Below are positions 1-9,333 of a DNA stretch of 30,416 nucleotides, in pieces; positions within the stretch are counted from its first letter, which is position 1, and each line of letters opens with the position of its first letter. The position numbers were made by a program, and so were the translations under genes. This stretch comes from a virus (lineage: Duplodnaviria > Heunggongvirae > Uroviricota > Caudoviricetes). The DNA lies in the IMG/VR virus record IMGVR_UViG_3300034072_002212, positions 1 to 30,416 of that record. One strand, 5' to 3'. The notes beneath the pieces were generated by a model. The model had not been told where the DNA came from, made no database searches, and worked only from the letters and a program-made list of their open reading frames with translations.

Positions 1-111
1 ATGATGGGCTATTCGCGTGAAGAGTCCGTCGAGGAAACCGATCTTGAGTCTGATTCCATCGAAAAAGACGTCGAGGCTATCCGAGGCCTTCACCGTCCGC
101 GCAGGATCTGA
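1..111 (+). CDS. 3' end of a gene entering the window (…MMGYSREESVEETDLESDSIEKDVEAIRGLHRPRRI*)
   Basis: Open frame from base 1 to TGA at 109-111, followed by a TAAATA box; product unknown. Confidence 0.55.
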   Translation: MMGYSREESVEETDLESDSIEKDVEAIRGLHRPRRI

Positions 112-118
112 CGCCCAA

Positions 119-124
119 TAAATA
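119..124 (+). promoter_or_regulatory. TAAATA box, putative T4-like late promoter
   Basis: aaTAAATA in the intergenic gap upstream of the collagen-like genes; core of the T4 late consensus TATAAATA; recurs about 10 times intergenically. Confidence 0.6.
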
Positions 125-164
125 CTGAGCTGGACTAACCAGTTCAATATTCATGGAGGGCATC

Positions 165-1340
165 ATGGCGAATCCACCTGATAAGTCGTGGACGACAAAC
201 GACGATCGCATTGATAACACGCGCCGCGCTTCGCGTGATACCTTCTATCACAAGCTAGAGAATCCCAAAGACTCTGGGTTCGATCCCGCCCGCCTTCAGG
301 CCTACGTTGGTCCTATCGGTCCCGAGGGTCCGCAGGGTCGCGCTGGTCCTCCAGGCCCAAAGGGCGATCTCGGCGACCAGGGACCTCAGGGTCCTATCGG
401 TCCTAAGGGACCAACTGGTGACCAGGGCCCCGTGGGTGATACTGGTCCCCGTGGCCCTAAGGGCAGTCAAGGTGATCCTGGTCCTCGAGGACCACAGGGA
501 CTCCAGGGTCCACCAGGACCACAGGGAGCCAAAGGTCTAGACGGGGACATGGGCCCCAAGGGCCCTACTGGCGATCCCGGTCCTCGAGGTCCGCAGGGTG
601 AAACTGGTCCAGCTGGTCCCAAGGGACCGCAAGGCGATCCTGGCCCACAGGGTCCGATTGGTCCTCAGGGCCTTCAGGGCCCCAAGGGACCAACCGGTGA
701 TACTGGTCTTCCCGGACCAGTAGGTGAACCCGGTGCTCCAGGCGCCGCAATCTATACCAATGTGATGTATATGACTGCCAGCATTCGTTACCGCAAGGTT
801 ACGATGGTCAATACTTCTGGTCAGACTGTAGCAACTTGGCTTCCGGCTATTAAGTGGGACAACCCAACCGATTGGACTCCACATGCTTCTGAACCTCTAA
901 CTGAACAGTGGCAGGAACTCACCATTCGTCCTAATGGAGTTACCACCCCAGCAGTTGGTACTTGGACCCATCCCTACAACTTCTTTACGCCAATAGCCTT
1001 TACTGATGGTTGTAGGAATCCAAACCAGAACACTCCCGGCAACGCTGGCTCAGTGGGAACCGTTATCACCTACGGCGGTCTCAAGGGTGGTGAGATCATC
1101 AACGGCCAGGTAGTTCTCTACAAGAGCTCTATCAATTCACGACAGGATCAGAGCGGCAGGCAAGTCCAGATCAAGTATTATTTCAATGATCTGGATATCG
1201 CATATCCACCAACTGCTGATTTGCCTCTTTATCAGGATGGTGATATTTGGAATGCCACAACTACCTATAAGGTTTCGGTGTGCTTCTTTGCCAATATCTC
1301 GCTCCAGGATACGGGCGCTCGTTACTATTATCAGAGCTGA
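165..1340 (+). CDS. Collagen-like (Gly-X-Y repeat) virion fibre protein
   Basis: About 150 aa of GPxGPx/GDx repeats followed by a ~200-aa globular C-domain. Start moved to ATG 165 because GGAGG lies just upstream. Confidence 0.8.
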   Translation: MANPPDKSWTTNDDRIDNTRRASRDTFYHKLENPKDSGFDPARLQAYVGPIGPEGPQGRAGPPGPKGDLGDQGPQGPIGPKGPTGDQGPVGDTGPRGPKGSQGDPGPRGPQGLQGPPGPQGAKGLDGDMGPKGPTGDPGPRGPQGETGPAGPKGPQGDPGPQGPIGPQGLQGPKGPTGDTGLPGPVGEPGAPGAAIYTNVMYMTASIRYRKVTMVNTSGQTVATWLPAIKWDNPTDWTPHASEPLTEQWQELTIRPNGVTTPAVGTWTHPYNFFTPIAFTDGCRNPNQNTPGNAGSVGTVITYGGLKGGEIINGQVVLYKSSINSRQDQSGRQVQIKYYFNDLDIAYPPTADLPLYQDGDIWNATTTYKVSVCFFANISLQDTGARYYYQS

Positions 1341-1347
1341 GGTATAG

Positions 1348-2586
1348 ATGTCTAAGCTTCGTAATGCTGGTGAAATCCCAGCACCACCCGAACTACCAGC
1401 CGATGTTGTGATTGTTCCCGGACCACGTGGCCCTATGGGCCCTCCAGGTATTGACTCTAAGGAAGTTGGTCCCAAGGGAGACAAAGGTCCTCAAGGCATC
1501 CAGGGTCCTCCGGGCTTTGTGGGTAACAAGGGTCCACAAGGATTCAAGGGAGACACTGGGGCAGTCGGCGAACCCGGTGATAAGGGTGAGCCTGGCATTG
1601 AAGGAGAAGTTGGACCAATGGGTCCAGAAGGTCCTGAAGGTGACTATGGACTCAAGGGTCCTATGGGTCCTACTGGTGACAAAGGCGGGATTGGCCTTAT
1701 GGGCTTCCAAGGCCCCCAGGGACCACAAGGAGGCGAAATTGGTGATAAAGGAAACCAAGGCATACAGGGTCAAACTGGCCCACAAGGTCCTATAGGCCCA
1801 GCTGGAGATAAAGGCCCTCAGGGCCCACAGGGTGCGCCTGGTGGTTCCTCGACAATGCTCTATGGCTTCACCAATGATAACTTTGGCGCAACCGTTCGTC
1901 TGAGGGTGGGAACCTATACCACTCCTCGAGGTACGGTCAAAGGTTGGATTGCTGAAGCTTATGGCCTGAATTGGGATTTCTCCCAATACCGTAGCCCTAC
2001 GACCTTGCCACCAACAATTCAGACTCTAGGCAGGAAAGCCTCTGTAGAGTTTCCCAACGATCCTAGCAAGGATACTTTCGCGAACCCGCTGCAGATAGCT
2101 TTCAATGTCAAAGGATTTTGGACTTCTAGTAGATTGCCATCTACCAGCTCTAACAAACCGTCAGCTATTCAACTTGCTCATGCGGCATGTAGTTACAATA
2201 TACCAGCAGGAACCGCAATTCCACCTTTTGGAAACCCTCTGAACTTGCGAGTGGAGAATGGGCAGCTAGTCTGGGATAAGACTCGCATCTGGACTGGCAA
2301 TTACGACTATGCGGTGAACAACGTCAACGCAGGCGGTCAATTGGTCAACTATTCTCAGCAGGGTGTCTTTGGTAGCGTCTGGTTAGATACGACCTACTTT
2401 GTTTGGCCACCTGATTCAGAAGCTCAGAGCCTGCCTGATGGGACCATCTACAACGGCACGATTGGTATCAAGTCAGGCGGTAATCAGCCCTATCAGCCAT
2501 TCAGCATCTCGTTCTTTTCGTTTGATGAGATTGGCACTAATCCACCAGTGTTCTATATGCCCTACATCGATCTCAACAAGGGTTAA
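1348..2586 (+). CDS. Second collagen-like fibre protein
   Basis: Gly-X-Y run (about aa 24-165) plus a ~245-aa beta-rich, aromatic C-domain; RBS GAGGT; tandem with the previous gene. Confidence 0.8.
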   Translation: MSKLRNAGEIPAPPELPADVVIVPGPRGPMGPPGIDSKEVGPKGDKGPQGIQGPPGFVGNKGPQGFKGDTGAVGEPGDKGEPGIEGEVGPMGPEGPEGDYGLKGPMGPTGDKGGIGLMGFQGPQGPQGGEIGDKGNQGIQGQTGPQGPIGPAGDKGPQGPQGAPGGSSTMLYGFTNDNFGATVRLRVGTYTTPRGTVKGWIAEAYGLNWDFSQYRSPTTLPPTIQTLGRKASVEFPNDPSKDTFANPLQIAFNVKGFWTSSRLPSTSSNKPSAIQLAHAACSYNIPAGTAIPPFGNPLNLRVENGQLVWDKTRIWTGNYDYAVNNVNAGGQLVNYSQQGVFGSVWLDTTYFVWPPDSEAQSLPDGTIYNGTIGIKSGGNQPYQPFSISFFSFDEIGTNPPVFYMPYIDLNKG

Positions 2587-2999
2587 GAATCCTTGGCAGC
2601 ACGGCGGGAGGCAGCTCTAGCAGTTGCCTCCGCTCCTGTCTTTGCATGATGGCATGGCTGGCAGAGTGTCTGAAGGTTGGGCAGCTTCCAATAGTCAATG
2701 TTGCCCTGGCTCTCGATGAGAGGCTTGATATGGTCTAGATGCCAAACATCTTTGCCGGCCTTCGCGCACTGGTGACCACACTTCACACACTTGCCCTTAT
2801 CCCGCTTAAACACTTCTCTGCGGGTCACTGCGGGCCAGGCGACTAGCTTATACTCCTTGACACACTTGGGATGCCAGTTAGCCCTCTTATTGAGGGTCTG
2901 GCCGTCTGCCTTGAATATCAGCTGGCCGCACCAACGGCACTGACCGGGTAGCGGGTTGTGGTAATGAGGAGGCTTTGGTGGTTCACGGTGGCTTGACAT
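2583..2999 (-). CDS. HNH endonuclease (Cys-rich, McrA/terminase-associated type)
   Basis: CxxC…LDHIKPL…NLQTLCQPCHHAKT. ATG at 2999 is 7 nt after a TAAATA box. Confidence 0.85.
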   Translation of the reverse strand: MSSHREPPKPPHYHNPLPGQCRWCGQLIFKADGQTLNKRANWHPKCVKEYKLVAWPAVTRREVFKRDKGKCVKCGHQCAKAGKDVWHLDHIKPLIESQGNIDYWKLPNLQTLCQPCHHAKTGAEATARAASRRAAKDS

Positions 3000-3006
3000 A
3001 GCCACC

Positions 3007-3012
3007 TATTTA
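3007..3012 (-). promoter_or_regulatory. TAAATA box, putative late promoter
   Basis: cgTAAATAggtggctATG on the minus strand. Confidence 0.55.
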
Positions 3013-3014
3013 CG

Positions 3015-3449
3015 TCAGAAGTTGTCGTCACCCAGAAGACGCTTGGCATCTTCCTTGCTAGGATACTTCTTCAGGCTGGTCATCTTCAGCGCCAGCTGAT
3101 ATTGCTTCCATGCCGCGACCACCTGCTCGCTCTGTGCGTCTTCACCCATCAACGTGGGCATGATGTCCATCCATACGGCATCTTCGACAATGTAACGAGC
3201 GCGGTGGCCGTTGATGCGTGGCTGGAATAGTTTGCCCGACAAGTAGAGCTTGGTCGCCACATCGTAGCACTTGCCCTGATCCAGACCCATGAGGTAATCG
3301 GGACGGTGGAGATATTCATCTACCACGTCCTCAACCTGCGATGAGTCAAAGATGGCTGTCTGGGCGACTACGAGGAAGACGTCCTCAAAAGCCACAGTGC
3401 CATTCACGATGTCACGGACGCAACGCCCAAAGGAGAATCCAATCTTCAT
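3015..3449 (-). CDS. Hypothetical phage protein (MKIGFSFGRCVRDIV…)
   Basis: Clean ORF with RBS GAGGTG and protein-like composition. Confidence 0.75.
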   Translation of the reverse strand: MKIGFSFGRCVRDIVNGTVAFEDVFLVVAQTAIFDSSQVEDVVDEYLHRPDYLMGLDQGKCYDVATKLYLSGKLFQPRINGHRARYIVEDAVWMDIMPTLMGEDAQSEQVVAAWKQYQLALKMTSLKKYPSKEDAKRLLGDDNF

Positions 3450-3456
3450 TCACCTC

Positions 3457-3705
3457 TTATGCTGGTGGTGCCCCTTTGGCGTCAAGATTCTTCTCAAGCT
3501 TGTCAATCGACAACAGGACATTGCGAGTCTGGTTGATGCGCTCACGGGAGAGACGATCCCCCAGAGCTTCTGCTTCCGCGAGCTCATCATCGTCTAGCCG
3601 ATCGCCAAGGCCCTTGAGCACGAGCAGCAACTCTCTTGGCGTCACGTGGAAGTTCCACAGGATCGACGCAGTGAGGTGACCGTGGTACATTTTCGTCTCG
3701 CTCAT
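3457..3705 (-). CDS. Small helical hypothetical protein
   Basis: GGAGG/GGTGAG upstream of ATG 3705; amphipathic helices. Confidence 0.65.
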   Translation of the reverse strand: MSETKMYHGHLTASILWNFHVTPRELLLVLKGLGDRLDDDELAEAEALGDRLSRERINQTRNVLLSIDKLEKNLDAKGAPPA

Positions 3706-3819
3706 TCTTCTCACCCTCCGATGCGAGAACCTCTCGGGCTCTCATAATATTCGTATGTGAGAAGCGCGAATCGTTACCCGTCGGTTGGGGATTAGCGACG
3801 AAGTGTTGCTTTCTAGCGA

Positions 3820-4257
3820 TCAGTCGTAGTCAATGTCCATATTGAGCAGGATCACAGTCTTTCGTTGGCCATTGCGCTCCACGGCCAGAGCGTGACCTTC
3901 CCGACCACAAACCGTGGTCGCTTCCTTGCCCCGAGCGGTCAGTTGGAAGCCAGGCTGACGATCTTCGCAGATGCTGTTGAGGATGCCCACCACACGATAA
4001 ACAGGACCCTCTTTGACAGTAAGGCGGAAGGGACAACCCATCTGGGCCGCTTTGCGACGACGCTCAACAACGTCCTTCAGGTCGATCAGGCTTTCAACGA
4101 CCACACCCGCTTGCGCTTGGTCGCAAACGTAGAAGCCCTGATTGAGATCGACCTCATAGCCGACCTCGAAGTCTTCCGCGTAGGAGATGGGAGCAGGCTG
4201 AGCCAAGGCCGAGCCGGAAAGCGCCAGTGCCAGAATACCGATCGCTGCCTTCACCAT
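3820..4257 (-). CDS. Secreted/periplasmic protein with signal peptide and several Cys
   Basis: AGGAGG 6 nt before ATG 4257; MVKAAIGILALALSGSALA|Q is a typical SPase I signal. Confidence 0.7.
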   Translation of the reverse strand: MVKAAIGILALALSGSALAQPAPISYAEDFEVGYEVDLNQGFYVCDQAQAGVVVESLIDLKDVVERRRKAAQMGCPFRLTVKEGPVYRVVGILNSICEDRQPGFQLTARGKEATTVCGREGHALAVERNGQRKTVILLNMDIDYD

Positions 4258-4303
4258 TGTAAGCCTCCTGTTATTTGTCACGCTACGCTCTTCCCTCTGG
4301 GCG

Positions 4304-5182
4304 TCAATAGCCGCCCATTGCGCGCCGGCGCTTGGTCATGCTGCTCTTGTTGTTTGCGGCGCGCTTGCTGCGGGCCGCAGCTTGGAAGGCCAAAAGCTCT
4401 GCTGCCAGCATGGGGTTGGTCCGCACATGATTGCGAGCTTCCTCACTGGCCTGAAGGATCAAGTCCAGCTTGACCTTGGCCAGACCGCCGCTGGGCGTCT
4501 TGACCATGTAGCCATAGAGCTTGGCATTGCGGGGGTTGCGACCAGCGACCTCGTAGATGCCGCCCTTGAGCTTGAGCTTCAGACCGATCAGCGGGTTGCT
4601 CTCTTCGGTCTTGGCCGCCATGCGCTGTTCCAGCAGCCCAGCGTCAACGAAATCCTTGCGCGGGTTGGTGTATGCGCTCGAGGGCACCCGATCATTCACG
4701 AACCGCTTGCGGAACCGCTTGTAGATCTGTCGGAAGAAGTAGCCGTGATTGCCCTCATAGCAGCCGATGCCGTCGAAGTAGAGGTCCTTGGGAAACTCGG
4801 GGCGCTCAACAAAGAGGGGATGGTTGCGACCGGCCTGCTTCATCGCGAACTGGATGATGTGGGCCAGTTCGTGGGCGACCAGGGCATCAACGGCCAGGGT
4901 CCAGTCAGTGGTCTCGAAACCACCGACCTCGGGCCAGGCATTGTAGGCCTTGTATTCCACATAAGCCTTGACCTCTTCGCGCAGGAAGTGGTAGCTCTGG
5001 AACTTGACCGTGTAGGCTCCCAGGCGCTGCGAGGCCTGACCCATGGGGCCCGAGGGCACGTCGACGATGCGGACCTTGAGGGGAAGCTTGCTGAACTTGA
5101 ATTCTTCCAGGGCCCACGCGACCTGCTCTGCTACGGCCTTGTCGACCTGTGCCTTAAACTGAGCTGCGGTGGGAAGGGCCAA
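4304..5182 (-). CDS. SprT-like zinc metallopeptidase (HExxH)
   Basis: LVAHELAHIIQ plus downstream NHGYFF; TTG start with RBS CAGGAG. Confidence 0.65.
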   Translation of the reverse strand: MALPTAAQFKAQVDKAVAEQVAWALEEFKFSKLPLKVRIVDVPSGPMGQASQRLGAYTVKFQSYHFLREEVKAYVEYKAYNAWPEVGGFETTDWTLAVDALVAHELAHIIQFAMKQAGRNHPLFVERPEFPKDLYFDGIGCYEGNHGYFFRQIYKRFRKRFVNDRVPSSAYTNPRKDFVDAGLLEQRMAAKTEESNPLIGLKLKLKGGIYEVAGRNPRNAKLYGYMVKTPSGGLAKVKLDLILQASEEARNHVRTNPMLAAELLAFQAAARSKRAANNKSSMTKRRRAMGGY

Positions 5183-5185
5183 GTT

Positions 5186-5244
5186 CGATCTCCTGTTTGT
5201 GCCTCGTTACCCAGACTTGGTAGCACAAACAGGTGAGCAGTCAA
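5186..5244 (-). promoter_or_regulatory. Sigma70-type promoter nested in an 11-bp inverted repeat that covers the RBS
   Basis: TTGACT(5244-5239)-N16-TACCAA(5222-5217); CCTGTTTGTGC (5233-5223, in the spacer) pairs with GCACAAACAGG (5202-5192, RBS). Confidence 0.7.
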
Positions 5245-5250
5245 CCACTT

Positions 5251-5874
5251 TTAGAGCTTTCGCTCCTTGAGATAGGCCTTCACGCGATCCTGCACCTCAG
5301 TGATCTTTGCCGTAGTCCGAAGACGCTCTTCCTCCAGAGTCTTCAGTGTTGCGTCCACCTTGTCCTTGAACAGGAGGGTCTCCTGGAAGATGTTGTCAAG
5401 CATGGGATGACGATTACCACGGGAAGCGCGATCCGCAAAGCTATTCGTGGATGAGCGCATATAGCTGACCTGGTTGAACTGATCCTGCATGCTCTTCTGA
5501 TAGTTCATCAGAACTTCATATTCCATGATCTCAGCTTCAATGGCCGAAGGCTCAAGGTCTCGCCATCCGCCAATGTATTTGGTGATGTTCTTGCCCACCT
5601 GATCATAGTTGAGCTTGAACCAGATCGCGTTGCGGGCTTCTTCAATCTGAACGATGTGACCGTAGAACTCGTGCTCCAAGCCTACCTTTTTGAGAGCCTG
5701 CTGGAACTCGTGCTCACCGTGAGGGAGGATCTTGAAGCGACCCTTGATTCCTCGCTTGAGCAGTTCAAGATCAAAGTCACCACGAATGGTGCCCTGCTTG
5801 TAGCGGTAACGGGTTCCACCCCAAACTGAGGTAGTGGCTTTGTGCCTTGCGGCCTGGTAGAGGAATAGGTGCAT
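5251..5874 (-). CDS. Hypothetical protein with AIWFKLNY motif and C-terminal coiled coil
   Basis: 207-aa ORF; the xxFKLx(W/Y) motif is shared with other genes in the window. Confidence 0.7.
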   Translation of the reverse strand: MHLFLYQAARHKATTSVWGGTRYRYKQGTIRGDFDLELLKRGIKGRFKILPHGEHEFQQALKKVGLEHEFYGHIVQIEEARNAIWFKLNYDQVGKNITKYIGGWRDLEPSAIEAEIMEYEVLMNYQKSMQDQFNQVSYMRSSTNSFADRASRGNRHPMLDNIFQETLLFKDKVDATLKTLEEERLRTTAKITEVQDRVKAYLKERKL

Positions 5875-5910
5875 ACCAGCTTTGTGCTAGGTTAGGTGCT
5901 GAAAAATCAA

Positions 5911-5916
5911 TAAATA
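5911..5916 (+). promoter_or_regulatory. TAAATA box, putative late promoter
   Basis: aaTAAATA upstream of AGGAGG and ATG 5943. Confidence 0.6.
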
Positions 5917-5942
5917 GGTTTAACCGCTTTTAGGAGGTCCCT

Positions 5943-6737
5943 ATGACTGACGCAAACAACATGCGCGGCTGGCTCAAGCTTTTTGAAGCCGCAGCACCAG
6001 ACTACGTGGGCCCCAAGGCCAGCGATACCGTTACCTACGCCGCAGAGCAAACCAAGGGTCAGATCACCAAGGTGACTGCATTCCTGAAGTCCTATGACTC
6101 GGCCCGCTATACCAATCTAGGCCGTAACCTGCTGAAGATTGAAACCCTCACCGAAGAGATCAAGATTCTGCAGCAGGAGACCAAGCAGGAAGCTCGCGAA
6201 CTCGTTGCGGACCTCTTCAACGCTGAAGACGCAGCGGTAACCCGTGTCGTTGATACTGTGGGTTTTGTGTTTCACATGAGCAAGGACCCTGCCCCAACGG
6301 CCTCTGTCAGCTATGCCAAAGTCCTCAAGGAACTCGAAGAGCATCTGACCCCAGAGCTTCTGAATGTCCTCGAGACCCTGAAAGCCAAGCACACCAGCGC
6401 GCCTGTTCAGAAGGCAGCTTCGCTAAAGGCAACCGACAAGGCTGCTCCAAAGACCGAAGAGAGCATCAATGAAGGTCTTGGCGATATGGCAGCAAAGCTG
6501 ACTGGCTTCTTCAAGAAGCTTTATCAGGATATCAAGGGCTGGGGCGTGAGCTACGACAGCAAGCTGGACCACCTCAAGGCCGAAATAGGCATGACTGAAG
6601 CCTGGGACGGCACCGGCGACGTCAGGGACGAAGTCGAGGGTTGCGAGCATGACTGGCACGAGGGCGTCGATGACGACGGTCACCTCGTTGAGCCACCATA
6701 TGATGTTTGCGTGAACTGCGGCGCAACGCGCCACTAA
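5943..6737 (+). CDS. Putative late/virion (internal head-like) protein
   Basis: Strong RBS and TAAATA box; LFE|A, INE|G and MTE|A resemble T4 gp21 prohead protease sites; CxH…CxxC at the C-terminus. Function is inferred. Confidence 0.6.
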   Translation: MTDANNMRGWLKLFEAAAPDYVGPKASDTVTYAAEQTKGQITKVTAFLKSYDSARYTNLGRNLLKIETLTEEIKILQQETKQEARELVADLFNAEDAAVTRVVDTVGFVFHMSKDPAPTASVSYAKVLKELEEHLTPELLNVLETLKAKHTSAPVQKAASLKATDKAAPKTEESINEGLGDMAAKLTGFFKKLYQDIKGWGVSYDSKLDHLKAEIGMTEAWDGTGDVRDEVEGCEHDWHEGVDDDGHLVEPPYDVCVNCGATRH

Positions 6738-7165
6738 GCGGGAACCCGCTTCAGGAGAACATTCTCCCAATCTGTGAGGCGACGAAGCATTTCATATTTC
6801 TTGAATGCTTCGTCCCTCTTAACCTCGAGGTCCTTCAAATCGGCCTCGAGGTTTCTTATGATCGACTTCCGCATCCAGCGGGTCACGAAGCTTCTCTCAA
6901 GCTCGCTCTTCAGTATTTCGCGCTGGTCTGCTACGCGGATGTTCGCCTCAAGGAAGGCCCTGAGGAGGGATCTGAGGTGCTCATTTTCCCTGACAATCCC
7001 GAAGCCATGTTTGTCAATCACATGACTGCGAATGGTGGCGACTCCATAACCAGGGAAGCCGCTTGGCGGCTTCGTCCAGCCCTCGTCTTCACCCTCGACG
7101 ATTTGGATCGCGCGCAGAAACGTGCGGTCGTCGAGCGTGAACTCGAAGTCACCATCCCACTTCAT
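6734..7165 (-). CDS. Hypothetical protein with C-terminal coiled coil
   Basis: Start overlaps the stop of the upstream gene (TGATG). Confidence 0.7.
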   Translation of the reverse strand: MKWDGDFEFTLDDRTFLRAIQIVEGEDEGWTKPPSGFPGYGVATIRSHVIDKHGFGIVRENEHLRSLLRAFLEANIRVADQREILKSELERSFVTRWMRKSIIRNLEADLKDLEVKRDEAFKKYEMLRRLTDWENVLLKRVPA

Positions 7166-8697
7166 CAGTTGGCCCGAACCCGAACCAGCCAGATATCCAC
7201 GCCGGGTTCTTCGCCCTCGGTTACTACCTTGCGCTTGGCATAGACAGCGTAGCCGTCCTTGGTAGTATCCTCGCGGCTGACCACCATGACACCCGGGCCG
7301 CTCATGGTCATCGTGCCCTCAACTGTGATGTTGGTCCCGCCAATCATCCGCATGCCGTTGGGGTTGAGGGAGTCGAAGGGCAGAAGCGCACGGCCGCCCA
7401 GCTCGCTGTTGTAGGGATAATTCTTGACCAGAATCTCATCGCGCTTGAGGTCGGCCTTCTCGAGCTCTTCGCGCAAATCCTCGGGCAGTTCATCCCAGAC
7501 CGTGGGGTCATCGTCGTGGACGAGATCCGCACCCTTGAAGATGCCGCGATCGCGTTCGCCACGAGCCTTGACGTCCTGCTCCTTCTCGGCCTGCTGGCGA
7601 CGGCGCTTCATTTCCTTGCGCTCGTTCTCCTGATGCTCGGCGCGAGCAGCTTCCGCGTGATCGCTCAGCTTGGGACGGGCCATGCCCTCGCCGCGCCGGA
7701 TGCGGTCATCACCCTTGACGTTGATCACGGAGTCAGCCGAACCATCGCCGCGCAGAACAGCCGCGAAGTCCTCAGGGCTGAACACCTTGCGGCCACCCTT
7801 GGCTTCAGCGACCTTTTCCGCGTGAGCAGCTTCAGCCGCGGCCTTTGCGACCTCGTCGACTTCGCCACCGCTCTTGTGTGCCATCACGCTCGTGATGCTG
7901 TCGAGGTCGATGCTACCGTCCTCGTTGCGCTCGGCCTTGATGTCCTCGATGAAGATCTCGCCGGCCTGTGCCTTGGCCTTCTGTGGAACCTCGCCGTCAT
8001 TGTAGACGCCCTGGACGTCAGGAACGCCCATACCCTTGAGGGCTTCGGCGAGCTCCTCGTTGGTCTTACTGTCATAGTCGGTGTTGGGGTCGAATTCCTT
8101 GAGCGCCTCCTGCGCCTGGGTGCGACCATATGCACCAGGGACATTGTTGGCGCCAGGACGTTCGCGACCGCTCCGCTGAGCATCGGCGCCGCCGAAGGAG
8201 TCGTCGGACAGGGTGCCCTGCTTCCGCATCTCCTTCATCTGTTCCTTCATCTTCTTGTCCGCCTCGACCTCTTCCTCGGTCCGGCGATCCCAGGGATCGT
8301 GCTGATCCAGGCCGAACCGCTCTTCGATGGTGCGGTTCTTTTCCTCTTCGGTCATCGTGGCCGCTTCATGCTTGATCTTGGCGTCATGGAGCATGTCAGC
8401 CTGGCGATCACGCCCGGCCATGCTCTTGACTTCCTGAAGCATGGACCACTCGGCCCAGAAGGCATCGCGCTGCACTTCGTCGTCATGATAAACGGCGAGA
8501 ACGCTATGCTTGTAGCCCTTGTAGGTTTCGGAGCGCATCGCGTCGAGGAAGTTTGACGCGTAGGTCTCGTTCCAGTTGCGATTGTCTTCCTGGCCGGTCA
8601 CGGCCTCGACGAAAGCCGTATATTCCTCGACAGTGTCACCCGCCACAACCAGCGTGGCCACTCGACTGTCGAGCATTTCCTTGTAACCGTAGATCAT
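7165..8697 (-). CDS. Large acidic, largely low-complexity hypothetical protein (510 aa)
   Basis: RBS AGGAG, own promoter, strongly GC3-biased codons. Confidence 0.75.
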   Translation of the reverse strand: MIYGYKEMLDSRVATLVVAGDTVEEYTAFVEAVTGQEDNRNWNETYASNFLDAMRSETYKGYKHSVLAVYHDDEVQRDAFWAEWSMLQEVKSMAGRDRQADMLHDAKIKHEAATMTEEEKNRTIEERFGLDQHDPWDRRTEEEVEADKKMKEQMKEMRKQGTLSDDSFGGADAQRSGRERPGANNVPGAYGRTQAQEALKEFDPNTDYDSKTNEELAEALKGMGVPDVQGVYNDGEVPQKAKAQAGEIFIEDIKAERNEDGSIDLDSITSVMAHKSGGEVDEVAKAAAEAAHAEKVAEAKGGRKVFSPEDFAAVLRGDGSADSVINVKGDDRIRRGEGMARPKLSDHAEAARAEHQENERKEMKRRRQQAEKEQDVKARGERDRGIFKGADLVHDDDPTVWDELPEDLREELEKADLKRDEILVKNYPYNSELGGRALLPFDSLNPNGMRMIGGTNITVEGTMTMSGPGVMVVSREDTTKDGYAVYAKRKVVTEGEEPGVDIWLVRVRAN

Positions 8698-8700
8698 GCT

Positions 8701-8752
8701 CGCTCCTGGAATTAGATCATCGCCGTTATAGCTGGAAACACCAGGGCGTCAA
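8701..8752 (-). promoter_or_regulatory. Sigma70-type promoter with an anti-SD arm in the spacer
   Basis: TTGACG(8752-8747)-N16-TATAAC(8730-8725); CGCCCTGG pairs with CCAGG(A)GCG (RBS, 8709-8701). Confidence 0.7.
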
Positions 8753-8757
8753 CACCA

Positions 8758-9165
8758 TTATGGTGCTGTAGGACCTCCCAGTTCAAAGTCTAATTGATAG
8801 GCATTCTTGCGGTTCTGTAGATTTTTGACGTTCACATAGTAGGTCTTATGTGAGTCCAGGAACAAGCGGTCATCCTCGCGATCAACCTTGAGAAAGCTGT
8901 CGTGGATCATGAACTTATCAGCACGTCGTTTGGCCCGGTGATGACCAAAGCCCGGATTAAGAACCAACCCATCTAGTGGTTCTTCGGAGATCCAAACGTC
9001 AATGCTGAAGTCTTGGCTGTTGGGCAGAATGTGCGCCACCGTAAGCTCAACTGAGCCAAACATAGGAACGCGAAGCTCAAACACATGGGTGTGGCCAGGA
9101 AGGATAGCATATTGCCCATATGGGTCACGCTGATCAACGGCATATTGAGTGATGATTGTGTCCAT
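8758..9165 (-). CDS. Beta-rich hypothetical protein (MDTIITQYAV…)
   Basis: Start taken as ATG 9165 because the longer track ORF reads through the tRNA. Confidence 0.65.
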   Translation of the reverse strand: MDTIITQYAVDQRDPYGQYAILPGHTHVFELRVPMFGSVELTVAHILPNSQDFSIDVWISEEPLDGLVLNPGFGHHRAKRRADKFMIHDSFLKVDREDDRLFLDSHKTYYVNVKNLQNRKNAYQLDFELGGPTAP

Positions 9166-9183
9166 GTGTCTACTTAGTAGGCA

Positions 9184-9255
9184 TGGAGCCCCTGTAGGGA
9201 GTCGAACCCTATCTTTAGGCTTAGAAGACCCAAGTCCCGATCCGCAGGCAGGGGC
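9184..9255 (-). tRNA. tRNA-Arg(UCU) with encoded CCA and a short, atypical D-arm
   Basis: Acceptor GCCCCTG/CAGGGGC, T-arm TAGGG-TTCGACT-CCCTA, anticodon loop CTTCTAA, U73-CCA; 72 nt in total. Confidence 0.85.
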
Positions 9256-9263
9256 GGATACGA

Positions 9264-9269
9264 TATTTA
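9264..9269 (-). promoter_or_regulatory. TAAATA box 8 nt upstream of the tRNA
   Basis: ggTAAATAtcgtatcc-GCCCC…. Confidence 0.5.
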
Positions 9270-9302
9270 CCTGAGAATGGGTCTCTTCCAAGTCATAGGT
9301 GT

Positions 9303-9331
9303 ATGGTAGAGCATCCCAGACTAGATGTCAA
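9303..9331 (-). promoter_or_regulatory. Sigma70-type promoter upstream of the tRNA
   Basis: TTGACA(9331-9326)-N17-TACCAT(9308-9303). Confidence 0.6.
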
Positions 9332-9333
9332 AC

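Noticed and set aside
300-1850. Repetitive DNA as a tandem array or CRISPR
   Set aside because: The repeats are GGN-CCN codon periodicity of collagen Gly-Pro-X; no repeat-spacer array was seen anywhere in the window.
3587-3745. 52-aa ORF starting MRAREV, resembling the MRARE signal
   Set aside because: No TAAATA box or RBS; it overlaps the better 3457-3705 frame and no frameshift signal was seen. Probably coincidental.
9166-9291. N-terminal extension of the 8758-9291 ORF
   Set aside because: It reads through the tRNA-Arg gene; ATG 9165 is the plausible start.
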